Source: Candidatus Uhrbacteria bacterium CG10_big_fil_rev_8_21_14_0_10_48_11 (GTDB taxonomy: Bacteria; Patescibacteriota; Patescibacteriia; GWA2-46-9). From it: a DNA stretch of 64,000 nt. The translations under genes and the position numbers were made by a program. Below the pieces are notes generated by a model. It was given only the letters and a program-made list of their open reading frames with translations. It did no database searches and was not told the DNA's origin. This document shows positions 1 through 8,355 of this stretch, in pieces; the stretch's first letter is position 1, and each line of letters starts with the position of its first letter. The stretch is taken from NCBI GenBank assembly GCA_002793855.1, contig PFET01000009.1, forward strand, positions 21,749 to 85,748, in the 5' to 3' direction.

Positions 1-1109
1 GACCCAACACCGTTTCTTTGGCGCAGGGGATACCATCATTTGATACCCCAAAAGAAATTAAGAAAGCAACCATAACGGCGCTGAACGCCGGACGTGTTGC
101 TAAGTATTCACTCGCACCCGGACTTATCGAGCTGCGCGAGTTAATCGAGGGGTCTTTGGCAGAGGAGGGGTCGCAGTACGACGCGCAATCTGAAATTATT
201 GTAACGGCAGGTTCAATTGAAGCTATTAGCTCAACTATGCTGGCGCTACTAGAGCCGCTTGATGAGGTGATTCTTTTTTCACCCAGCTATGTATCCTACA
301 ACCAATCGATACGTCTCGCTGGTGCTAAACCTGTATATGTTGCGCTAGATGAAGCTAGTGGTTGGCAATTTGACAAAGAGGCTTTTCTTGCGGCGCTGAA
401 CAAAAAGACAAAAGCGGTGCTTATCTGTAACCCTAACAATCCAACGGGAACCATTTTTGACAAACAGCAGCTTTTGGCAATTGCCGAAATTGCATACGAT
501 CGGGGCATCTATATTATCATGGATGAAGTTTATAAAGATTTTCTCTACGAAGAAGATAAGACATCTCTTTATTCGCTGACTCAAGAAGTACGTTATCGTG
601 ACCTCGTAATTCGTATTTATAGTTTTTCAAAAGCGTTTTCTATGACCGGCTGGCGAGTGGGCTACCTAGTAGCTGCCGAACAAAACGCAAGAAAGATTTT
701 AGCGGTTCATGATGCGCTCGTAACTTGCGCGCCCGTCATATCCCAGTACGCCGCGATCAAGGCACTCGAAATGCCAAGAAAAGCATGGCTTACGTATTTA
801 AACGAATACAAGGGTCGTCGTAATCTTATGTATGATCACCTAAACAGAATTTCCGCACTGCACTTTACAGTACCAAGCGCTGCATATTTTTTCTTTCCAC
901 GAGTAAATGCAACACGCATACGCGATTATCATAACTCTGAAATGTTGTCATTGGCGTTACTACAGGTCGCCGGTGTAGCGGTCGTACCTGGTGCTGCTTT
1001 TGGTCCTTCTGGGGAACATCACTTACGTCTTTCCTTTGGTCGGGATAGAACTACTATCAATGAAGGGATGAAACGTCTTAGTGATTTCTTTGCCGCCTAT
1101 GCGTTATAG
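1..1109 (+). CDS. Class I/II (aspartate-family) PLP-dependent aminotransferase. The 5' end is truncated by the window edge, because the frame stays open back to base 3.
   Basis: The translation carries the SFSKAFSMTGWRVGY lysine-PLP motif region and the N-terminal substrate-binding segment. There is no in-frame stop upstream of the first listed codon. Confidence 0.75.
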   Translation, partial: PNTVSLAQGIPSFDTPKEIKKATITALNAGRVAKYSLAPGLIELRELIEGSLAEEGSQYDAQSEIIVTAGSIEAISSTMLALLEPLDEVILFSPSYVSYNQSIRLAGAKPVYVALDEASGWQFDKEAFLAALNKKTKAVLICNPNNPTGTIFDKQQLLAIAEIAYDRGIYIIMDEVYKDFLYEEDKTSLYSLTQEVRYRDLVIRIYSFSKAFSMTGWRVGYLVAAEQNARKILAVHDALVTCAPVISQYAAIKALEMPRKAWLTYLNEYKGRRNLMYDHLNRISALHFTVPSAAYFFFPRVNATRIRDYHNSEMLSLALLQVAGVAVVPGAAFGPSGEHHLRLSFGRDRTTINEGMKRLSDFFAAYAL

Positions 1110-1788
1110 CATCAAAAAAGTATTAAGCTGGTTCTTATGCGCGTTAGCTCGCTATCGACTTGGCCGTAGTCATACGGTGGTGGTGGCCGTCGCAGGCATC
1201 GTTGGGAAATCAACAGCCAAGAGAACCGTAGCAAAAAAACTTAAAAAATTCGGCGAGGTTTTTGTATCAAAGAAAAATTACAATACCGAAATTGGTTTAC
1301 CTTTAACCTTACTTGATCTTGAGCCACCTTACAGTCAAACAGTAGGGGAGTGGGGGACCATTTTGTATCGTGCTTTCGTGCGAGCCTTTTTTTCTCCTCC
1401 ACTCCCTCGTCTTGCGGTAGTAGAATTTGGTGTTGCAGAAAAAGGGGATATGCTACAACTGCTAAAAATTGTTACGCCAATAGTTGCCGTCATTACTAAC
1501 ATTTCGGTTTCAGACTTTAACTCGCAGACAACCCTAGAAGACTTAAGTATAGAGTTTGCTGTACTTGCAGCCAGCGTGCCCAAGCAAGGCCTAGTTGTAC
1601 TTAATGGTGATAACAATTACGCAAAAATAGTAAAGAGTGCGGCAAAAGCACGTATCATTACCTATGGCGCTAAAGAGGGAAACGAGGTTCATCCAGTAGC
1701 ACCTAAAGTTATGAGTAGCGCTAGCGATACGGCAACGTTGGCTGCTACAATAATTAGCGATTTTATTAGTCAGCGTGGTACGCCTTAG
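1099..1788 (+). CDS. Mur ligase family protein resembling only the central domain of MurF. It is degenerate and short, about 230 aa.
   Basis: It has a P-loop-like VAVAGIVGKSTAKRT and NYNTEIGLPLTLL (MurF: NNEIGVPLTLL). It also has VVEFGVAEKGDM...IVAVITNIS...GLVVLNGDNNY, matching the MurF central domain. No N-terminal or C-terminal Mur domains are present. The NIGxAH histidine is replaced (NISVSDF). The start is taken at MRYSIKK. The ORF track's earlier start at 1081 overlaps the aminotransferase more. Confidence 0.5.
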   Translation: MRYSIKKVLSWFLCALARYRLGRSHTVVVAVAGIVGKSTAKRTVAKKLKKFGEVFVSKKNYNTEIGLPLTLLDLEPPYSQTVGEWGTILYRAFVRAFFSPPLPRLAVVEFGVAEKGDMLQLLKIVTPIVAVITNISVSDFNSQTTLEDLSIEFAVLAASVPKQGLVVLNGDNNYAKIVKSAAKARIITYGAKEGNEVHPVAPKVMSSASDTATLAATIISDFISQRGTP

Positions 1789-1790
1789 TT

Positions 1791-2621
1791 ATGCAACAAA
1801 AAAGATTTCGTTGGAAATTTCAACCCTCACCCAGAGCACCGTATCGAGCCCCAGCACAAAAATCCACCAGACGTGGCAGACCCTTTCCGGTAAAAAGCGT
1901 GCTTGTGGTGCTCCTGATAGGTAGTTTCTACCTTGTATTTGGCACTAGGACGTTTGCTGTCACCGGTGTAACGGTAACGGGGACTCGCTACCTTGAAAAG
2001 CAGCAAATGATTGAAAAGGTAGACGCAATACTTTCTGAAAATCGTTGGTTTTTCATACCTGCTCGCAATTTCTTTTTTGTGCCCACCGCACAAGTAAGCG
2101 CTGCGCTCAGTAACATTCGCCTTGAGCGTATCACTGTAAAAAAATCTTTTCCAAACGGCTTATCGATAACAGTTGTTGAAAAGCAACCTAAAGCAGCGTG
2201 GCGTGCAGGCGATAAATGGTATGAACTAGACAAAAAGGGTATTATTATTAATCAAATTGTATTACCAAGCACCGATGCGCTTAAAGTTACGTTTGCTAAC
2301 TCGTTAGAAACTGGTGCAATCGGAAAGCAAATTATTCAACCCTCACTACTTAATACTGTATTAGCAGTAAATGCAAACCTTCCGGATTTACCAATTACAA
2401 AGGTGTCCGAATACGTTATTGATACGCAGAATAGTTACTCTATAGGACTTAGGGATACACAAGGTATTACCATCTACTTTTCGACAGAGTTGCCGCTGTC
2501 TATCCAAACGAATAAGTTGTCGGTCTTCTACGCAGAAAAAACTAGAACAGAACCGGATTGGTTGGCTAACATAGACTACATAGATCTTCGCTACGGTAGT
2601 ACAAAGGTCTACTATAAGTAG
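1791..2621 (+). CDS. ftsQ: Cell division protein FtsQ/DivIB-like, with one N-terminal TM helix plus a POTRA domain.
   Basis: It has a basic N-terminus and a hydrophobic segment VLVVLLIGSFYLVF. Then comes a POTRA-like segment VTGVTVTG.RYL....I....... ITVKKSFPNGLSITVVEKQPKAAWR...YELDKKG. It lies next to a Mur-ligase-like gene, as in dcw clusters. Confidence 0.55.
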   Translation: MQQKRFRWKFQPSPRAPYRAPAQKSTRRGRPFPVKSVLVVLLIGSFYLVFGTRTFAVTGVTVTGTRYLEKQQMIEKVDAILSENRWFFIPARNFFFVPTAQVSAALSNIRLERITVKKSFPNGLSITVVEKQPKAAWRAGDKWYELDKKGIIINQIVLPSTDALKVTFANSLETGAIGKQIIQPSLLNTVLAVNANLPDLPITKVSEYVIDTQNSYSIGLRDTQGITIYFSTELPLSIQTNKLSVFYAEKTRTEPDWLANIDYIDLRYGSTKVYYK

Positions 2622-2995
2622 TAATATTGTACGACACATAAGACTAGCCAGCTGCAGCAGAGGGTACTACGTGCCAACGCATCCCATGACACCAATAGTC
2701 AAAATGCCGTGCGCTAACACGATACTAATTTATACAGGAACCATGAAGGAAGTTTAAAATAACTTTAGTCTAATTTTTTGAAGTTACTAATTTTAAATAA
2801 ACTTAAAGGCAACGTTGTTAATTGAATAGAAAATTACGTACAGAATCGCATACCAAGTCATCACGTTAAATAGAAGTGCGCTAAGGTCATATTTAAGCGT
2901 CGTATAAGATATATTGTGCGACTCATTTATGATTTCTTTTTCTTAGCAACTACCCTTCCCCCCGCAACAATTATACAAAGAATACCACCGTCTGA

Positions 2996-3739
2996 TCACA
3001 GTTTTTCGTATTTTACAAAGAGATAATCTGTGCTTGACTCTCTCTGGTGACGTACCGATAGATACACCATGAGAAATGCAGCGCAATACAAAATGCGGAA
3101 AATAACCAAGTGCCAGTCGGTAACTAATTTTGCGAGGTCAATGACACCAAAGAAAACATACAAAAATATTGCTATGTCGTAGAGTATCTCGTAACCTGCT
3201 GCTTTTGCCTTAACTCCCCCACCGCGCCACGTTTTAAACTCTACTGCGAAGCTATAAACAAGCGCTACAATAATGGCTCCGATTGACACACGGAAAAGTA
3301 CTGCAGAAATAGGATTTGCAACTGCCTCTGCCGTAAAAAAAGTAATCGGTTCGAAAATAATCCCATTTGGCTGCGCCAGAAACCAACTACCCACTATGCC
3401 AACGATAACCGCTACGGTAGTCAGTATTTTAGCGACTAAAGGGCTCTTGAACACTTTTCTGCCAATGTAGTAATAAAGCGGAATGCCGCTAATGAATACC
3501 GTTGTCTGACTCATTACCGCAGAGGCAAAACGAGGGAAATCTTCTACCCCAAAGCCGATCATTGCATTTCTATAGGCATTTTGAGCCCACAGAAGGCCCG
3601 TAAACAGCCAGAACAGCCCATAGGAGACCATCATATGGTTTAAGTGCCTAGAAAACAGCTCGTAGACCAGTATAAAGGCAACGATAGAAATAACTGCCGT
3701 AACAAAAGCGTGAAATATAAGTCCTATACTAATAACCAT
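2996..3739 (-). CDS. Polytopic membrane protein of unknown function.
   Basis: It has six to seven hydrophobic helices. I moved the start to the internal Met (MVISIGL) that sits just downstream of the stop of the upstream M23 peptidase gene. The longer ORF-track version overlaps that gene by about 140 nt. Confidence 0.4.
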   Translation of the reverse strand: MVISIGLIFHAFVTAVISIVAFILVYELFSRHLNHMMVSYGLFWLFTGLLWAQNAYRNAMIGFGVEDFPRFASAVMSQTTVFISGIPLYYYIGRKVFKSPLVAKILTTVAVIVGIVGSWFLAQPNGIIFEPITFFTAEAVANPISAVLFRVSIGAIIVALVYSFAVEFKTWRGGGVKAKAAGYEILYDIAIFLYVFFGVIDLAKLVTDWHLVIFRILYCAAFLMVYLSVRHQRESSTDYLFVKYEKL

Positions 3740-3746
3740 AAAACCA

Positions 3747-4964
3747 TTAAGGCAAAAACATCTTAGGGTCAACGACAATGCCATTATCGTGTACCTCGAA
3801 GTGCAAATGCGGACCAGTACTGTATGGGCCGGTGCCTGGCTTACCTGGTGTTGCGCCAGAAAGAGCAATGACCTGACCTTGAGTAACAAAGGTGTCTACG
3901 GAAACGAATACCTTAGATACGTGACCGTACACGGTTGTTAGACCACCGTCGTTAACCAACACAACATACCAGTAGTTACTAGGGTTACCGGTTCTGACTT
4001 TCGCCACGTAACCAGAAGCGGCCGCCAGTATTGGCGTACCCTGAGCTGCCCGGATATCAATAGCGTCGTGGGTAAATAAGTAGTTAAAAGGATAGTCGGG
4101 ATCGTGAAATCTAGTGGTAATTTTATTTTTTGGTACTGGCCAAATAAGGCGAGGGGCAGGGCCATTCGTTTCTATGCCATGCGAGCGAAGCTTGTCACGT
4201 ACCGTTTGCTCTAAAGCAGCAACCGCTCTCGTTGCCTGTTCTTGCTGATCTTTAACTTGTTGCAACAGATCTGCAAACTTCTGCTCTGATGATTTCGTCT
4301 GCTTTAAAAGATAACTTTTTAAAGACTGCTGGTCTGATAAATCTAGCGACTGTTGGTGCAAATCGTCAGCAGCTGAAATAAGTTCGCCTCTCTTGTTTTC
4401 AACAAGCTGTTTTTCTTCAGCAAGGGCCTCCTGCTCTGCCTTTACTTGCACAATGAGATTGTCCATTCTGTTTTGGAGGGTATGCAAATTCTGCAACCGC
4501 CCATAAAAACTAAAAAAATTCTCTGTTGTAAAAAGTGCCTGCAATGGTGAGCGACTTTTTTCCCGAACGATATAGCGCAATAATGCTCCAAGGTCCCCTC
4601 GATACGTTTTAACTTTCTGCTCCCCATCCTTAATCTGGTTTTCGACGCTGTTTATTTCCAAATTAACCTTTTCAATGTTCAGCTGCGCGGCTTCTATGCC
4701 TACTTGTGTTTTGGAAATCTCGTCGCTCAATATACCCATCTGGTTAGCAAGCGTCCTTGTTTCGCTCTGCTTTTGCTTAAGACTTTTTTGATACTCAGCG
4801 GCCGTATCTTCTAGTTTTTTTATTTCTTCTTGCTTCGCGTTAATTTGCTGTTGCAGCGCATTAACTTCGGGGCTGTCAGCCGCTTTTGCCGTAGCGTTTA
4901 CTGTAGACACTAAGGTGCCAAGTAAAATAAATAACGTCGTGATGAAAAAAACTTTTCTACTCAT
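3747..4964 (-). CDS. Secreted M23 (LytM-family) peptidase with an N-terminal coiled coil, EnvC-like.
   Basis: It has a signal peptide MSRKVFFITTLFILLGTLVSTVNA and about 230 aa of heptad-rich Q/E/K/L sequence. The C-terminus has M23 motifs HDAIDI...GTPILAAASGYV...YGH...GPHLHFEV. Confidence 0.75.
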   Translation of the reverse strand: MSRKVFFITTLFILLGTLVSTVNATAKAADSPEVNALQQQINAKQEEIKKLEDTAAEYQKSLKQKQSETRTLANQMGILSDEISKTQVGIEAAQLNIEKVNLEINSVENQIKDGEQKVKTYRGDLGALLRYIVREKSRSPLQALFTTENFFSFYGRLQNLHTLQNRMDNLIVQVKAEQEALAEEKQLVENKRGELISAADDLHQQSLDLSDQQSLKSYLLKQTKSSEQKFADLLQQVKDQQEQATRAVAALEQTVRDKLRSHGIETNGPAPRLIWPVPKNKITTRFHDPDYPFNYLFTHDAIDIRAAQGTPILAAASGYVAKVRTGNPSNYWYVVLVNDGGLTTVYGHVSKVFVSVDTFVTQGQVIALSGATPGKPGTGPYSTGPHLHFEVHDNGIVVDPKMFLP

Positions 4965-6471
4965 GCTGCGAACTTAATTTTTGAGAAGCTAAAGTAATTC
5001 TGTTAATAGTTTCTTGTTTTCCTACAACAGAAGCTAAAGAAAAAGGGCTCGGACTAACCGCCTCACCAGAAAGCGCAACTCTGAGTGGCCATAGGGTCTC
5101 CCCTACCCCAAGCTTCTTATCTGTAATAAATTGCCGTAATATTTTCTCTAGCATCTCTTCGGTGTAGTCACTTTCCGCAATTGTCTGCATATACTCTTCT
5201 AACATTTTGAGTGTTTCTATGGTATTGACTGCTGTAGACTTTTTGGCAATGAGTAGTTCTCCGGCATAGTCATCTTTTGGTTCCAGGTAGGTTGTAATAG
5301 CCGCACCTGTCTCATCAAGCTGTTGTAATCTATTCTGAACTGCCAATAACGACTTTTCGAGTAGCCCGTTAGAAATTTTCTTCCCGCTAACGGGAAGAAC
5401 CATTTCTCTGTTTCCTTTGGCTACCATAGATTGTAGCACGAAGGGCAGTGCTAATTGAATAAATCTTTGTGGCGGCAATGCCTTAATATACTGGCCATTC
5501 ATCCATCTCAATTTTTCCTCATTAAATATTGCTCCGGCAGCGTGTACATCCTCGAGTCTAAACTCTTCGCTTATCTGCTGTCTTGTTAGCATTTCTTTTT
5601 CGCCTTTAGGGTGCCAACCGAGCAGTGCGAGAAAATTGATCATTGCTTCTGGCAAAAATCCTCTATCGCGAAACGAAAGCGCGCTTAAATCGCCGTGACG
5701 TTTGCTCAATTTTGAACGATCTGTACCAAGAATTAATGGCACATGAGCAAAGACCGGTGGCTGCCAGTCAAAAGCTTTGTAGAGTGCCAAGTGTTTTGGT
5801 GTTGAAGAAATCCATTCTTCACCACGAATGACCGTGGTAATTTCCATAAGGTGATCGTCGATGACTACCGCCAAGTGGTAGGTCGGCCAACCGTCACTTT
5901 TGACGAGAACCTGATCATCTATAAGCGCATTAGAAAACGAAATCTCGCCTCTGATTTTATCGGCAAAGGTACTCTCGCCCTCTGTGGGCATTTTAAGGCG
6001 GAGGACGTAGGGTTCGGTGTTCATCTTTTTTTTGGCTTCCGCCAACGGTAGTGAACGGCAGTAACGATCATACCCTGTTGGCTTTTTATCGCGCTGCTGA
6101 CCCTCTCGCATTTCCTGCAGCCGCTCTGCGGTACAGAAGCAAGGATAGAGAGTCCCCTTCTCTTTTAGCTCTTCGATGTACGGCTTATAGATAGCAAGTC
6201 GCTCAGACTGTCGATATGGACCAAAAGCACCACCAATATCTGGGCCCTCGTCGTGGGTTATACCATACCAGTTAAGTGCCTCAAAAATAGCCTTTTCTGA
6301 TTCTGGTACAAAACGATTACGGTCAGTGTCTTCAATTCTCACAATCAATTCGCCTCTGGTGCTCTTAACATGCAGCCACTGCAAGAGCGCTATCCAAATG
6401 CTACCAATGTGTGGCATCCCTGTTGGAGAAGGCGCAAATCGCGTTCGTTCTTTTTGGTTACTTGTTGACAT
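4957..6471 (-). CDS. gltX: Glutamate--tRNA ligase.
   Basis: HIGH motif PTGMPHIGS and KMSKS-type LSKRHG. The RFAPSPTG start is typical of class I GluRS. Confidence 0.9.
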   Translation of the reverse strand: MSTSNQKERTRFAPSPTGMPHIGSIWIALLQWLHVKSTRGELIVRIEDTDRNRFVPESEKAIFEALNWYGITHDEGPDIGGAFGPYRQSERLAIYKPYIEELKEKGTLYPCFCTAERLQEMREGQQRDKKPTGYDRYCRSLPLAEAKKKMNTEPYVLRLKMPTEGESTFADKIRGEISFSNALIDDQVLVKSDGWPTYHLAVVIDDHLMEITTVIRGEEWISSTPKHLALYKAFDWQPPVFAHVPLILGTDRSKLSKRHGDLSALSFRDRGFLPEAMINFLALLGWHPKGEKEMLTRQQISEEFRLEDVHAAGAIFNEEKLRWMNGQYIKALPPQRFIQLALPFVLQSMVAKGNREMVLPVSGKKISNGLLEKSLLAVQNRLQQLDETGAAITTYLEPKDDYAGELLIAKKSTAVNTIETLKMLEEYMQTIAESDYTEEMLEKILRQFITDKKLGVGETLWPLRVALSGEAVSPSPFSLASVVGKQETINRITLASQKLSSQHE

Positions 6472-7687
6472 GAGATAGTTGATCTAAGGCGATATGAAGC
6501 ATAGCGTGACGTACTGGATTGACGACCGAATAGATATCTTTTTTTTCTACCCAGCGCCAGTCAACGTGTTCAAGCTGGTCCAGCGCAAAATCATTATCAT
6601 TTCCGACAAAGCGCAGATAAAAAATAGTTTGTTTCTGTCCGCGATAACCGTAGCGTCGATTGTTTACCGATAAAAGTTCGTTGTTTTGATAACGAGTCTT
6701 CCAGCTATAACGATACACGTTTTTTCGAGTTCTGCCTAAAACTTCGAACTTATCCGTACCGAGTTCCTCGTAAAGTTCTCTTTGTATGGCAAGACTGAGC
6801 CTTTCTCCCGGCTCTACACCCCCTTGCGGTAATTGCCAATGTCCTGGCTGATCTTTACGCTCTACAACTAGTACTTTACCTTGTTTATTCATTATAAAAC
6901 CGACAACACTAGTACGGTAACGGAGGCTCACTGAAAACATCCACCTCATTACAAGCAAAGGAAAACCAATAATAGCCCTTCTGATTCTATTTATCCGCCA
7001 CGGTTCACGCAACAACCGCCACAACCACTCTACCCCGAAACGGCGCATTAGTTTTGGCGCGCGTCTGACCCTCCCAGCCAAAATATCTAAACTACCACCA
7101 ACACCAATTGCCACCTTAACGCTTGGACAGTCTTTTAGAAAAGTATGCATCCACTTCTCCTGCTGACCGTGACCAAGAGCAACAATAAGCACGGTGGGTT
7201 TTGTCTTTTGTATGCGCTCTATAACGGCTTCGTGCTCATGGTCGTTCAGTACAGAAAACGAATTCTGATACTGATACGTTCCAAGTGGCGGAGCAAACGC
7301 ACCAGCAACTGTAGCATGAAATTTTTTCTTAGCTATCTCCGTCGCCTTCGTTAACACGCTGGATGTTGCCCCTAGAAAAAAAAAGCTATGTTGTTTTGGC
7401 AGATCGGTTAAAAGTGTTACTAAAAAATCAATTCCCGTTACTCGTTTTAGTCGAAGTCCATAAACGGCCCTGCAGGCAAGAACAAGACCTATGCCGTCTG
7501 GAAGTGCCATAACTGCCTCATTTAATGCCCTGCGAAATTCAGCGTCAGCGTGAGCAAGTACTACCATCTCAGGGTTAGGCGTTACCACATAGCGTTGCTC
7601 GGTCTCGTTGCACCAACGCGCAACAGAAGCGCTCGCGGCTTCTAGCGAAATATCATCGAGCACTATCCGGAAACAACTATGGCGCAT
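6458..7687 (-). CDS. Fusion protein. The N-terminal domain is a WecB/TagA/CpsF-family glycosyltransferase and the C-terminal domain is a NUDIX hydrolase.
   Basis: The N-terminal about 240 aa end in GVEWLWRLLREPWRINR, the characteristic C-terminus of the WecB/TagA/CpsF family. The C-terminal about 150 aa contain a perfect Nudix box GGVEPGERLSLAIQRELYEELG. The start is taken at MRHSCFRIV (Met 38 of the ORF-track protein), which gives an 11-nt overlap with the upstream gene. Confidence 0.65.
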   Translation of the reverse strand: MRHSCFRIVLDDISLEAASASVARWCNETEQRYVVTPNPEMVVLAHADAEFRRALNEAVMALPDGIGLVLACRAVYGLRLKRVTGIDFLVTLLTDLPKQHSFFFLGATSSVLTKATEIAKKKFHATVAGAFAPPLGTYQYQNSFSVLNDHEHEAVIERIQKTKPTVLIVALGHGQQEKWMHTFLKDCPSVKVAIGVGGSLDILAGRVRRAPKLMRRFGVEWLWRLLREPWRINRIRRAIIGFPLLVMRWMFSVSLRYRTSVVGFIMNKQGKVLVVERKDQPGHWQLPQGGVEPGERLSLAIQRELYEELGTDKFEVLGRTRKNVYRYSWKTRYQNNELLSVNNRRYGYRGQKQTIFYLRFVGNDNDFALDQLEHVDWRWVEKKDIYSVVNPVRHAMLHIALDQLSHVNK

Positions 7688-8243
7688 AACGCAGAGGTAC
7701 CTCCTTGCAAACCGTATACCTAAGCCCTTCGGACCCAAGGTCGCTGCGGTAAAGATTAACTTTTGTTGCCTGCCACGTGGGTGGCGCCAAGTTGGCATCT
7801 TGTGAAATTTTTGATTCTGAAATGCTTTGCTGTTCTTTTAACCTTCCTACTGTAACGTGAGGAATCCATGTTTTACTGTCATAGCCAAAATGGGCATTGT
7901 TGAGTTCATTCTTAAGCAAGGTATGCAGTTTTCTAAAAGCACCGCTTACGTCATTTACTCCGCAAGTAACCACTCGGGCATTGACAGCGCTTGGAAAACA
8001 CACTAGCGAACCTAGAGCTAATGCAAAATTATCAGCTTCTGAGCCAACGGTAGCGGTTATCCTGCAGAGGGTAGCAAGTCCCTCATCGCTTACTGCCGGA
8101 AAGAAAAAAAGAGTACTATGAATATGCTCCCTTCCCACAATTCGAAATTGAGGGTTACTTTGTAAAAGTTGACGACCAACTGTCTGAATATACTCCTTAA
8201 CCGCATCTGGCACGGATATTGCTATAAAGTATCTAGATGGCAT
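7677..8243 (-). CDS. 2H phosphoesterase (ThpR/LigT-like RNA 2',3'-cyclic phosphodiesterase).
   Basis: Two H-x-T/S-x motifs sit in the expected spacing: HIHSTLFF and HVTVGRL. The start is taken at MPSRYFIAI. Confidence 0.6.
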   Translation of the reverse strand: MPSRYFIAISVPDAVKEYIQTVGRQLLQSNPQFRIVGREHIHSTLFFFPAVSDEGLATLCRITATVGSEADNFALALGSLVCFPSAVNARVVTCGVNDVSGAFRKLHTLLKNELNNAHFGYDSKTWIPHVTVGRLKEQQSISESKISQDANLAPPTWQATKVNLYRSDLGSEGLRYTVCKEVPLRYAP

Positions 8244-8289
8244 AGCTGAATTGTAGCACACCTCGTGTACTGGGTTTAACGGTAATGTA

Positions 8290-8318
8290 TTGACCTTTTT
8301 TTCTTAAACATTTACGAT
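8290..8318 (+). promoter_or_regulatory. Candidate sigma-70-type promoter of clpB (TTGACC, 17 nt, TACGAT).
   Basis: TTGACC lies at 8290-8295 and TACGAT at 8313-8318. The spacer is 17 nt. The element sits directly upstream of the CIRCE element. Confidence 0.35.
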
Positions 8319-8319
8319 G

Positions 8320-8346
8320 TTAGCACTCTATAGTTATGAGTGCTAA
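8320..8346 (+). promoter_or_regulatory. CIRCE element (HrcA operator), a perfect match to the consensus TTAGCACTC-N9-GAGTGCTAA.
   Basis: The sequence reads TTAGCACTC tatagttat GAGTGCTAA and ends 9 nt upstream of the clpB ATG. Confidence 0.75.
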
Positions 8347-8355
8347 CATACCAAA

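Noticed and set aside
1081-2621. Possibility that the short MurF-like ORF and the following ORF are two halves of one frameshifted full-length murF.
   Set aside because: The downstream ORF is clearly FtsQ/DivIB-like (basic N-terminus, TM helix, POTRA). It has no Mur-ligase C-terminal domain, so the MurF-like protein is genuinely short.
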